DNA of 61,958 bases, taken from positions 1 through 61,958 of the forward strand of contig JBBTSD010000010.1 in NCBI GenBank assembly GCA_038064835.1. The letters are read 5' to 3'. The translations under genes were made by a program, and so were the position numbers. This stretch comes from Patescibacteria group bacterium (GTDB lineage Bacteria; Patescibacteriota; Minisyncoccia; Phycocordibacterales; UBA2100). Below the pieces are notes generated by a model. It saw nothing but the letters and a program-made list of their open reading frames with translations, did no database searches and was not told where the DNA came from. Shown here one piece after another: positions 1-9,501 of the stretch (the first letter of the stretch is position 1; every line of letters begins with the position of its first letter).

Positions 1-1185
<1,185 letters not shown>

Positions 1186-1573
1186 GAAATTCTGAGAACC
1201 GCTGAAATCTACTTTTGTAGATTTCGTGCATGCATGCGCCTACAACGCATACATGCTTGTTTGTGCTGTCTCAATACTGCGCTAGACGCGACAGTACGAG
1301 ACTCACCATGTGCATACTCTGCACACAGTTTCTGTTTTTCGTCGTCTATTTAGTTTTCAGAGAACAGACGCATCAGGCTACAAAAAAAGCCGCTCTCGAG
1401 CGGCAGTCGTTCACACAAGTAAACGAGCTATTTCCGCTCAGGATTTGACTTGTAATTCATTACCATAATGCGTGGAAAGGAGTATATATCCCACCCCCCC
1501 AGGCGTCAATAGCATGTACGAGAATGTGCCTTGGTGTTGCTTCCTGTGGGGCATGATGTGGTACCGTTGCTAT

Positions 1574-2048
1574 ATGGAATTGTCGCTCACCAAGAAGCAG
1601 TTTTGGGCTCTTATGCGCGCAACATACATAGCTGACTGGATGACGAATGCAATCCACTCCAACATGGACGTGGACGGGGATGCGAGTATCAAGGAAGTCA
1701 GGAACCTGGTATTTTCACGCGCGAAAGAGATGGGGTATGGGGCGTACACTGAGTACCATGATGACATTGGCTACTGTGCAACATTGGATATGGATGATAA
1801 TGCTGAGGTTCGGAGTCGTATTGTTACATATGACGAACATGTCTTTTGGGATGAGCTTTGTGAGCAGTTGGGGGGAACGGGATTTTTACCGGAAATATAC
1901 GACTTCTGACATTAAAGCTATGAGCGAGTATGATTACTTTGTGAAGCTTCAAGAATGCATCATTCGCTACGAGCAAGAGTGTGAAGAACATGGTGTCGAG
2001 CAACTTGAAATAGTTGCTCCAACATATGCGCTGAAAGACCCGCGCTAG
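1574..2048 (+). pseudogene. hypothetical protein with its frame broken at a G6 run (1870-1875)
   Basis: ORF 1472..1909 reads ...FWDELCEQLGG. ORF 1647..2048 reads ERDFYRKYTTSDIKAMSEYDYFVKLQECIIRYEQECEEHG... The two join smoothly into one ~158-aa product if one G is removed from or added to the run. The start at ATG 1574 is a guess. No family was recognised. Confidence 0.4.
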
Positions 2049-2301
2049 ATTTTTTATAGAATGCGGATCAAGCGTGAGAGTACACGCGGTACGCTTAGCG
2101 ATTTCCTCAAAGACCGCCTTCTTCCCAGCCCATTCAATCCTATACCGCCCTCCCTCTTCGTCTGCCGCGAGGACCCCTCCCTTCCCGAAATAGCGCTCCA
2201 ACTGCATCACGTCAATCCTGCCATCTGCGAAGATTTCTGGGGCGGCTTTTTTTAAGATCGTTCAACTTCTCTTGAAGTACATCCTCAGTTAGACCATCCA
2301 T
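2049..2301 (-). pseudogene. 5' remnant (~85 codons) of a Type III Mod-like (COG2189-type) N6-adenine DNA methyltransferase gene
   Basis: The minus strand translates as MDGLTEDVLQEKLNDLKK, then a frameshift in an A7 run (plus-strand T7 at 2247-2253), then AAPEIFADGRIDVMQLERYFGKGGVLAADEEGGRYRIEWAGKKAVFEEIAKRTACTLTLDPHSIKN. This fits the conserved N-terminal pattern F.(D/E)GKID...L....(E)ERY.L.W.GK..A......T(L)TL.P...S. No SAM-binding or catalytic region follows. Similarity stops at 2049. Confidence 0.45.
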
Positions 2302-2335
2302 ACACGCATTATTGCATGTGCCCCACGCCCATGCC

Positions 2336-2362
2336 ACAAAAATGAGAAGGTCAGACCTTCTC
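2336..2362 (-). terminator. rho-independent terminator after CDS 2370..3968
   Basis: On the minus strand, GAGAAGGTCTGACCTTCTC forms the stem-loop and is followed by ATTTTTG. Confidence 0.65.
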
Positions 2363-2369
2363 AATTCCA

Positions 2370-3968
2370 TCACTGCGATAGAATATGCGTCTGGGACACC
2401 GGCTCCTCACCTGCCACAACCTCGCGCTCGAGAGTGTCGTACTCGCCGCTTACCTGTTCGGTGCAGATGATCTCCGCCGTACCAGAGAGAGTCACATCGT
2501 CGATACCGTCGCCGTTTATGTCATCATACGACGCGTCCAGTTTGTCGCCCTTGTACACCTTCCCGCACGATGGATAGCCGCCGTATTTCGGATACCCGCC
2601 GGGCCGCCACACATCATCATTGTAGATATCGACCGCGGGCACTTCCAATAGCGGCACCAATTCACTCTCTCCGACTCGATACAGGTGCAAGCTACCGTAT
2701 CCGCGGTGCCCCATTCCATAGACTTCCAATAGCGGCTCATTGAAACCCTTGAGTGATATGAACCGCACCGAGAGAATGCCGCTTTCCATCGGGTGTTCAG
2801 AGTTTTCACGAAGCGGGAGCCATCGTATCTTTCCACGCGTGAATCGCCCCACATGTATATCCTCCCACCAATCTTGGTAATCCTCTGTGGCGACAAACAA
2901 CGACCTGTCCTGCGGTGCAAACTGTACATCCAAAGGACCCACATGGGGAGCAGGCGCGGGGTGGAAAGAGCGTCCGTAGTCGCGGTGAATAAGCTCTACG
3001 GCACCAAAGTTGAAAGTGGAAGGAAAAAGAAGAACTAACAATGGGACGAACGACCACAGTTTGACATGCGGCTTTTCTCTCGTATCGATGCCTTTGGTGT
3101 AGATGGACCACACATTGTCCGAATATTCTTTACGCGGAGGACCGTAATGGCGCACGGCTTCTTTCCATGGTCGCCACGCCCGTCGGCCATCCTCAGATCT
3201 AATGTACTGCGCCTTGTGATACAGCCATCGCGTTCCCCACCACACGCTATCCTTTTGAGATTCTACTTTTGCATCGTAACGCAGTGCGATTTGCTTGCCG
3301 TTATGTATCCAACTCTCTATCTGCTCGCCACGCAACACACGCAAGGAGGGATCTCCTTCATTCCCCACTTGCATGATGTTGATGAGACCACTCCCACTCT
3401 TGTAATTACCAACGCAAGACTCCTGATATGACATCGCCTTTACGATATTCGGATCAAGTAATTCGGTTGGAGGGTCGGTGTCTTTTGAGAATTCATTGTT
3501 CCAATACGCCACGGCATCGCGGATAATCTCGTCGTATCGGTTGTAATCTTCCCCATTATGCGCCTGGTACTTCCGTATCTCCGGAACCGTTTCCTGCACC
3601 GGGCGTATCACGATATGGAATGTGAAAATCGCTTTCGCCTTCCAAAAGACAAAACGCCGTTCGACTACCTCTACGGCATACTCGACTTCGGATGTCTCCG
3701 CACTTCCAACCACTAGAATTGTTTCCAACTCCCCCGCATCGGGGTATATACGATCTTTCTCGGTAACGCGTATGCGAATCGGCATCTCGAAAGGTGTCGC
3801 ATCCGCTTCAAATACGCCGAGCCCCATTTCCATGCGCACGAAAGAAATCGGGCGCATGCGTTTCTCAACCACCGATGTATCCCCACCTACAGTGATATCA
3901 ACACGAATATCCCGTCCTGTGGACCACCCGGAATACGAAATACTGCTGAGAGTCACGGAGAATCGCAT
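2370..3968 (-). CDS. membrane-anchored hypothetical protein with an SLT-like lytic transglycosylase motif and an Asp-rich FG-GAP/VCBS-like C-terminus
   Basis: 532-aa ORF. AMSYQESCVGN...GLINIMQVG resembles the SLT E-S...GLMQ signature. There is a central hydrophobic helix, LWSFVPLLVLLFPSTF. The C-terminus contains DDINGDGIDDVTLSG. Confidence 0.55.
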   Translation of the reverse strand: MRFSVTLSSISYSGWSTGRDIRVDITVGGDTSVVEKRMRPISFVRMEMGLGVFEADATPFEMPIRIRVTEKDRIYPDAGELETILVVGSAETSEVEYAVEVVERRFVFWKAKAIFTFHIVIRPVQETVPEIRKYQAHNGEDYNRYDEIIRDAVAYWNNEFSKDTDPPTELLDPNIVKAMSYQESCVGNYKSGSGLINIMQVGNEGDPSLRVLRGEQIESWIHNGKQIALRYDAKVESQKDSVWWGTRWLYHKAQYIRSEDGRRAWRPWKEAVRHYGPPRKEYSDNVWSIYTKGIDTREKPHVKLWSFVPLLVLLFPSTFNFGAVELIHRDYGRSFHPAPAPHVGPLDVQFAPQDRSLFVATEDYQDWWEDIHVGRFTRGKIRWLPLRENSEHPMESGILSVRFISLKGFNEPLLEVYGMGHRGYGSLHLYRVGESELVPLLEVPAVDIYNDDVWRPGGYPKYGGYPSCGKVYKGDKLDASYDDINGDGIDDVTLSGTAEIICTEQVSGEYDTLEREVVAGEEPVSQTHILSQ

Positions 3969-4026
3969 ATACGCAGTTTACATCACATTGCTCCGACAAT
4001 GCGACAAAGACGAGGACATGCACAGT

Positions 4027-4055
4027 TTAAAAATGTGAAGGTCAGACCTTCACAT
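4027..4055 (-). terminator. rho-independent terminator after CDS 4079..6718
   Basis: On the minus strand, ATGTGAAGGTCTGACCTTCACAT forms the hairpin and is followed by TTTTAA. Its core, GAAGGTCTGACCTTC, is the same as in the terminator at 2336-2362. Confidence 0.65.
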
Positions 4056-4078
4056 TCCTTCTCACCGTTACAATATCT

Positions 4079-6718
4079 CTACAGTCCGTAGGTCCACTCG
4101 ATGATGCGGTAATTTGTATGCGGAGGTTCTGTTGATCCAGAGGTCGTTGTCCCAAATTTGAACCAGTTCATAAAATCAGCGAGGTCGTCACCGAAGGTCC
4201 GTGTCTCAAAGATAGCAACAAAGAATTGTTCGGCGAGTGTGCCGGTGATGCCGTCTGGAAAGTTTTCTTCACTAACCGGATCAAACCCCAGCGAGTGCGC
4301 AAAGGCTTCTGTTGAGCTTCCGAGTGTGCCGCGGAAAAGGATGCCCCATCGTGAGGCACTGGGGTGAATGAAGCCTGAAAGATAGGTGCATGCCGGTCCT
4401 GCCGGTGTGTATGATGTATTCGGTGTAATAGCAACTGTCTGTGGCGAGCAGTACCAGCCGGCGCTTGCTATGCCTGTGCTGTTTTCTCGTCCCGGTGTGC
4501 CGTGTATGGAGTTGCCTGCAGTATCTGACGCGCTCTTGGTATAGCCGTCGTTGCTATGCCATGAGGAGGAGAGGGTGCCGTCGGTGGTGCCTAGAGTGCG
4601 TTCCATAGATATGGTGCGTTCGGTTACTCCTTTCTCTGGGGATGAATTAACGCTAATTGTAAGGGAGCCTGCGCACCAACCACTACAGGTGGCGACAGTG
4701 GGTGTTTGATCAATGAGTACGGTGCCGTTCGTGAGTCGGACTTCCTCTCCGCTGTCCGACAAAGTATCAAACGGGTTCTCGTATGAGTGGTCGGCTGTTG
4801 TGGAGTCTGCTGTTCGTTCGATCAGATAGATATCGGTGTTGTTGTCTGTGTTTGCAGGCGGAAGTGTGCCGGAGAGTGTGAAGGTGGGGGTGCCATCTGT
4901 GGTGGTAATAGAGAGGGCGCTCATGTCTAGGGTGTACGGGGAGAGGTTCTTGAGCTCGATCCATTCACTGGTGCCACTTGCTGTAGTGCCAGACCAGGCT
5001 ACTTCGTTGATGATGAGTGGTTGGCTGATGGTGGTGAGTGTGATGGGGGTAGAGGTGGCGGTGTTTCCTGCAGAGTCTCTGGCGATTAGGGTCAGTGTTG
5101 AGGTGGCGTTTGTGGGAAGGATGATGGTTGTACTGGTTGCGGTGGTTGATGCCATCAGTGTCTCTCCCTGATATATCTGGTGCTGGGTTGCGTCACTATC
5201 GTCGTTCCATGTTGCGGTGACGGTGTTGCCAGGGACAAGGCAGAACAGTAGAGAGAGTGATGATGCACACTCTGTGATGGTGAGTGTGGGGGTTGTTGGT
5301 GGTGTGGTGTCGGGGGTTGGAGGCGCTTCTGGCTCTGCAGTCGGTGCGGGTGGCGCTTCGGGTGTGGGTGTAGGTGCGGACACAACTGAATTCTCTGACG
5401 ATGCTACTGGCGCATAAGGACTCCCTCCTCCGCCACTGCCACCCCACGCCCCATCTCCTGCGGTGAATCCAGTGGTAGGGGGTGTGGGAATGGGGAGTGG
5501 TGCGACAAGGGTTGGTGGAACAGGTAGGGGGATAGAGGCAACGGGGACAAGTTCTGGCAAAACAGTAGCGCTCGTTGCTTCGTTTCTTGTAGTGGGTGCA
5601 GGTTCTGGGCTGGCCGCATCCGGAATGGCAGATTCTCCTTCCGCTATGGGAAAACCCGTACTTGGCTGTTGTGGTCCTGATTCGCTTGAAAATGGTGCTG
5701 TGGTTTCCACTCCTCCATCGAGCGCGGTGATTGCTGAAGCAGGTTGATTTCTGGATAGCCCTGCTATGCGATTGCCGAGGAGATTCACCAGGTGTCCTCC
5801 TGTTGTGATGATGGGCTCTGCAATGGTGCTTCCCACACGGTGTGCGAGGGCAAGAACGGGTGTCGCAAGTTGTCCAGCAGGATCACCGACGAGGAAAGCG
5901 ACCTTCTTTGCGTAGTACAGGGCGGTGCTCTCTGGTGGTGGGATGCAGGGCTGACTGGCGTCACGGGTGGGCTCTGCTTCAAGGTGTGACAAGAGGAAGG
6001 CGATCGTACCCGCAATGTCAGTCGGCTTTTCTGCGAGGTATGAAGTGCTGATGCCGTGTCCTGCCCATTCACTTCCCTCCTCTGTTGGATTTCTGGGAAT
6101 ACTGGTGTTTGCAGGGAGTGGTTGAGGGTAGCCTGATTCCTTTGCTGTCTGACGTACTTCTGCAATGACTGCGTCGTTTGCATTGGTGAGGTATTTACCG
6201 TGTCCGGCTACATAGCTTGCAGGAGTTGCGATGTTGTATACCGCAAGTGATTTGGCGGGTACACCCCGCTTGATGAGATAGTCGTAGAGTGCGTTTGCAT
6301 AGAAGGTGCCCTGCGAGTGGCCGAGTATTAAAATCTTCTGTGTTTTCACTTCGTTTGCTAGTTGTTTTGCCATGGTTAGTAGATCAAAGTCCTCTTCAGT
6401 CTTCCCTTCTGACTCCCAGGTCTTTTGCAACATTGATTTCAGCACATCGCCGATACCGCCGAGGTGGGTGGGGTTGTAGGCGAGGTGAACAGATGTTTGT
6501 CCTGACAGAACAGACTGTTTGTCAGAAAACACATCTGCAAGGGTTTTTCTATTTGCTCTTGCAGTATCCTCGTCTGTAAATATTCCGTTTATGTAAACAA
6601 CTGCAAACCCTTCAGTGGTGCATATGTTTGGGCCAGCCACCAGTCTCGTTGGCAAACTCATGAGCACTGCTAGCAGAGCGAGGCCACCCACCGCAATTGC
6701 CTTCGTGCTCCTGCTCAT
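4079..6718 (-). CDS. secreted multidomain protein: lipase-like alpha/beta hydrolase, Pro/Thr-rich linker and lamin-tail domain (LTD)
   Basis: The signal peptide MSRSTKAIAVGGLALLAVLMSLP starts at ATG 6718; the 44 upstream ORF residues overlap the preceding gene and are unlikely to be coding. The nucleophile elbow is ILILGHSQGTFYA. A long P/T/A linker follows. The LTD signature is LIINEVAWSG...SEWIELKNLS...GEEVRL. Confidence 0.75.
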   Translation of the reverse strand: MSRSTKAIAVGGLALLAVLMSLPTRLVAGPNICTTEGFAVVYINGIFTDEDTARANRKTLADVFSDKQSVLSGQTSVHLAYNPTHLGGIGDVLKSMLQKTWESEGKTEEDFDLLTMAKQLANEVKTQKILILGHSQGTFYANALYDYLIKRGVPAKSLAVYNIATPASYVAGHGKYLTNANDAVIAEVRQTAKESGYPQPLPANTSIPRNPTEEGSEWAGHGISTSYLAEKPTDIAGTIAFLLSHLEAEPTRDASQPCIPPPESTALYYAKKVAFLVGDPAGQLATPVLALAHRVGSTIAEPIITTGGHLVNLLGNRIAGLSRNQPASAITALDGGVETTAPFSSESGPQQPSTGFPIAEGESAIPDAASPEPAPTTRNEATSATVLPELVPVASIPLPVPPTLVAPLPIPTPPTTGFTAGDGAWGGSGGGGSPYAPVASSENSVVSAPTPTPEAPPAPTAEPEAPPTPDTTPPTTPTLTITECASSLSLLFCLVPGNTVTATWNDDSDATQHQIYQGETLMASTTATSTTIILPTNATSTLTLIARDSAGNTATSTPITLTTISQPLIINEVAWSGTTASGTSEWIELKNLSPYTLDMSALSITTTDGTPTFTLSGTLPPANTDNNTDIYLIERTADSTTADHSYENPFDTLSDSGEEVRLTNGTVLIDQTPTVATCSGWCAGSLTISVNSSPEKGVTERTISMERTLGTTDGTLSSSWHSNDGYTKSASDTAGNSIHGTPGRENSTGIASAGWYCSPQTVAITPNTSYTPAGPACTYLSGFIHPSASRWGILFRGTLGSSTEAFAHSLGFDPVSEENFPDGITGTLAEQFFVAIFETRTFGDDLADFMNWFKFGTTTSGSTEPPHTNYRIIEWTYGL

Positions 6719-6719
6719 A

Positions 6720-7439
6720 TCAGTTTGGGAGTGAGTCAAGTAAAACATCACAATCGGACATCTTGATACCATCTCCATAACCGACCATGAATTTGTAAGT
6801 CTGCTGTTTTGCACTTGTTCGATCGGGAGTATTAAGTACCAGCGCATCAATCTCCTTCAAAACAGGTTCCCTAAGTGCCCGCGCTTTTTTTGATGCCGAA
6901 TTTCCTAAATCAATTTCTTCTTGATTCCATTCATGCAAAGGTTTGTCGTTCGGTTGGCCAGTTTTGTCTTCTGGAAACGCATCCCAGATACAGCCTGACC
7001 CTCTATCAACCTCCTGCAACGCAGCCACCAGTGTCGTGCTTTCAATCACTTCTGTAATCTGGCTCTGCAACGCCTGCGCGTACTGCAATTGGGCGGCGCG
7101 GATTCGGGCTGATTGAGGGTGGCGACGCCAGATTTCTAATTCCACATCATCACGCACACCGTTATTGTTGGCATCAATTCCTGCAACAGTCTTGTTGTTC
7201 TTTTTTACATCAGGTACGGGTGGCAGATTCTTTCCCATCACCATATCCATGGTTACTTTTCGTGCGTGGATTCTCTCTACTGCTTCTGGAGCGACATACC
7301 ACTTGTATATCATCATCAGCACTCCGATTCCATACAACACCGCCGCCACAATCAAGACCCACTTCAAAACTTTTTTTGCTTTGTGCCAACCACTGGAATC
7401 ACCTTCACCCAGCTGCCTCTGGGGCATCTGTTCATTCAT
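6720..7439 (-). CDS. N-terminally membrane-anchored hypothetical protein
   Basis: 239-aa ORF with TM helix VLKWVLIVAAVLYGIGVLMMIY. Its stop (TGA, 6720-6722) lies 1 nt from the start of the downstream gene (6718). Confidence 0.7.
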   Translation of the reverse strand: MNEQMPQRQLGEGDSSGWHKAKKVLKWVLIVAAVLYGIGVLMMIYKWYVAPEAVERIHARKVTMDMVMGKNLPPVPDVKKNNKTVAGIDANNNGVRDDVELEIWRRHPQSARIRAAQLQYAQALQSQITEVIESTTLVAALQEVDRGSGCIWDAFPEDKTGQPNDKPLHEWNQEEIDLGNSASKKARALREPVLKEIDALVLNTPDRTSAKQQTYKFMVGYGDGIKMSDCDVLLDSLPN

Positions 7440-7497
7440 GTTGCGATTTTAGCATTCTAACGGGGCCATGCAACAGTAGAGAGAGTTCTCAAAAAAA

Positions 7498-7788
7498 TTA
7501 AAGCATCTTTAATGCCTTCCAAATTTCGTCCTCGGAAATACCGTGCGCCAGGAATTTCTTGAAAACCTTTCCTTTTACTTGGTGACTCATACCTTCATAA
7601 AGCGTAGTGATTACACTTTGAGGATTATCGCGGGATATTTTCGGATTGCGCACGACATAGTGCGATGTGCCTCCGCTAGCGTGCGTTACTGGCAGACCAA
7701 GCCTCCCTACTGCAGTGCACCATTGTGCAAGGCTGGTATTGCCAAGTCCTTTAAACAAATCGAGTCGCTCAATCTTTTGCCCTGACAT
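7498..7788 (-). CDS. HicA-like toxin (putative)
   Basis: 96 aa. The GGTSHYVVRNPK ... KGKVFKKFLAHGISEDEIWKAL pattern resembles HicA (GSHH..hP ... lk.aGis.eef). The gene lies 15 nt downstream of a HicB-like gene. Confidence 0.5.
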   Translation of the reverse strand: MSGQKIERLDLFKGLGNTSLAQWCTAVGRLGLPVTHASGGTSHYVVRNPKISRDNPQSVITTLYEGMSHQVKGKVFKKFLAHGISEDEIWKALKML

Positions 7789-7803
7789 ATAGGCGAGCCG
7801 GTC

Positions 7804-8127
7804 TTATGCGGGACAAAGCCTGTAGGCTGGAGCATCTGCATTTCTAATGGCACCAATTTCTCTATTGGTAGGAGTTATATCAAAAACGGCATGAATGGCA
7901 TCTCGAATTCTGCTCTCTATCTCTTCTTGTGTGGGGTTTGCGCGATTTCCGCCAGTAATAATTCCTGGAATCTCTTTGCACTCTGCATGCCAACCATCTA
8001 CCTCTTTCTCTATAGCAAAATGTAAAATACCTCCGACTTTGCGGATTTCTTCATTCATTTTCTCAACTGCGGCATGATCTTTTGCCCACTGACCATTACC
8101 AAATATGCCACTCAATTTCCAATCCAT
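7804..8127 (-). CDS. HicB-like antitoxin (UPF0150 fold, putative)
   Basis: 107 aa. FAIEKEVDGWHAECKEIPGIITGGNRANPTQEEIESRIRDAIHAV matches the HicB N-domain pattern (dGgy.Aevpe.PGc.tqG.t.eEa..n..eAi). Confidence 0.5.
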   Translation of the reverse strand: MDWKLSGIFGNGQWAKDHAAVEKMNEEIRKVGGILHFAIEKEVDGWHAECKEIPGIITGGNRANPTQEEIESRIRDAIHAVFDITPTNREIGAIRNADAPAYRLCPA

Positions 8128-8300
8128 AGATTAATGATACTACCCTTGCGCCATAGCACTGTCCAGTGTGTGAATAAGTGCCAGTGTTATTTTCTTTAGC
8201 ACCGCTCTCCAAAGACTATAATCAACCACCCCGCCCAAAGGGGCGCGGTAAGGCTACACCAATCATTCCAGACACATAGCACAAGACTCGCCAAACTGTT

Positions 8301-8603
8301 TTATATATATCTATAGTTGTGGTCCGGATTGGCATGATCAACAATTCCAAGCGGATATGTATCTTCGTCTTTTTTCATGTGCATATTCTGTGCCTCCTCT
8401 TTAGAAATTTCCCTCTGTAGCAAAAAGTGAGTAACTCCATGCTTCTCTATTACCTGATATATTTCCCAACCCTGGATACCCAGCCTGCTAAGACCGTCTA
8501 TTATGCCTTCCCACATTTTATTTGGATCACTTCCAAACTTGCCGACAAACCTTTCTGATTCGTGTGTCCTTACACCATATTCAAAATATTTCATATACTT
8601 CAT
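8301..8603 (-). CDS. hypothetical protein
   Basis: 100-aa ORF that looks AT-rich by eye. No motif was recognised. Confidence 0.5.
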   Translation of the reverse strand: MKYMKYFEYGVRTHESERFVGKFGSDPNKMWEGIIDGLSRLGIQGWEIYQVIEKHGVTHFLLQREISKEEAQNMHMKKDEDTYPLGIVDHANPDHNYRYI

Positions 8604-8752
8604 TGTATTGAAGTGAAGAGCCTAAACAAGTACACCGTTGCAACCCTTGAAGGGTGGTTATGCATCTACGGCCGAGTAGGGTCCCGCGGGGGGGTCAATG
8701 GATAGTTTCCTTGCATCTCATACACAGAGCCCCCGTAATGGGGGCTCGTCGC

Positions 8753-9415
8753 TCACCTAAAGATGAGCGGGGTCGGGTCGGGGCATTTTCGCACCCATAG
8801 TGCGCGGTCGGCGGGTTTTACATAGCCATCCATATCGCGGGAAAACTTTTCCCAGTCGGTCACATCGTCAATGTCAGCGAAAAGTTGGAGGTGCAAATGT
8901 GGCCGCCAAAAACCATTCTGTTTTTTTGTGCCGACGGAACCAATGAGCGTACCTGCTGGCGCATACCAATTGCAGAGGTACGGAGTCTCACCAAGGTGGG
9001 CATACAACAACGCATGCTTTTTCCAATTCAGAAGAAACACTGCAATTACATGTTTCCCCCAACCACCCACAAGCGGCGTGTCGTCACCGACATATACCAC
9101 ATCACTATCGGCAACAGACAACACTTGTGTCCCCGCCTCGACATTGAGGTCGATCCCGGTGTGGAGCCAGAGCTCATTTTTTTCGAGATAAGTCCCCCGA
9201 CGGATGACATCGCGATTCTCCATCCACCCGCCATACGACCAATCGATACCCAGGTCGTGGTGATGCGCCCGCACCATTTCGTGTGTCGCATCTGGATCGG
9301 TGAATGGAAATGGATTTCCAGGATCGACTTCATGTTCGTAGAGCCATGAATCTGCTGCGATGTTCAGATTGGCGTACCCAATCCGTTGCGACATAAGCTT
9401 CTCGGAAAAAATCAT
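8753..9415 (-). CDS. M23 (LytM-type) peptidase family protein
   Basis: Motifs: HTGIDL, GGWGKHVIAV, YAHLGE and PHLHLQLF (the M23 HxH signature). The start is moved to ATG 9415, which is preceded by the Shine-Dalgarno sequence AGGAGGAGAGGAAA. The ORF-track start at 9457 has no ribosome-binding site (RBS). Confidence 0.75.
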   Translation of the reverse strand: MIFSEKLMSQRIGYANLNIAADSWLYEHEVDPGNPFPFTDPDATHEMVRAHHHDLGIDWSYGGWMENRDVIRRGTYLEKNELWLHTGIDLNVEAGTQVLSVADSDVVYVGDDTPLVGGWGKHVIAVFLLNWKKHALLYAHLGETPYLCNWYAPAGTLIGSVGTKKQNGFWRPHLHLQLFADIDDVTDWEKFSRDMDGYVKPADRALWVRKCPDPTPLIFR

Positions 9416-9501
9416 TTTCCTCTCCTCCTTGCTCCGCGCGTACAATACTGGATGCATATTCGTTTGTACAGAAAAACCGGCACATACATGTGCCGGTTTG
9501 T

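Noticed and set aside
1445-1469. TTGACT ... CATAAT promoter-like hexamers upstream of the frameshifted gene
   Set aside because: The spacer is only 13 nt, against an optimum of about 17, so this cannot be supported as a sigma70-type promoter.
1824-2210. 128-aa minus-strand ORF taken as one gene
   Set aside because: Only the part above 2049 resembles a methyltransferase N-terminus. Below 2049 it is simply antisense read-through of the convergent gene. It is treated as a truncated pseudogene instead.
6766-6777. 12-nt match (ATACCATCTCCA) to the MITE terminus inside CDS 6720..7439
   Set aside because: It is an isolated half-site inside a coding region (codons GGAGATGGTATC), with no partner inverted repeat. 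It is most likely chance.
8604-8752. GC-rich structured-looking intergenic segment, checked for SRP, RNase P and tmRNA signatures
   Set aside because: None of the diagnostic motifs were seen: no GGAA-tetraloop SRP domain IV, no RNase P AGGAAAGTCC box, and no tRNA-like tmRNA end. Only a terminator-like hairpin is present (GAGCCCCCGTAATGGGGGCTC).
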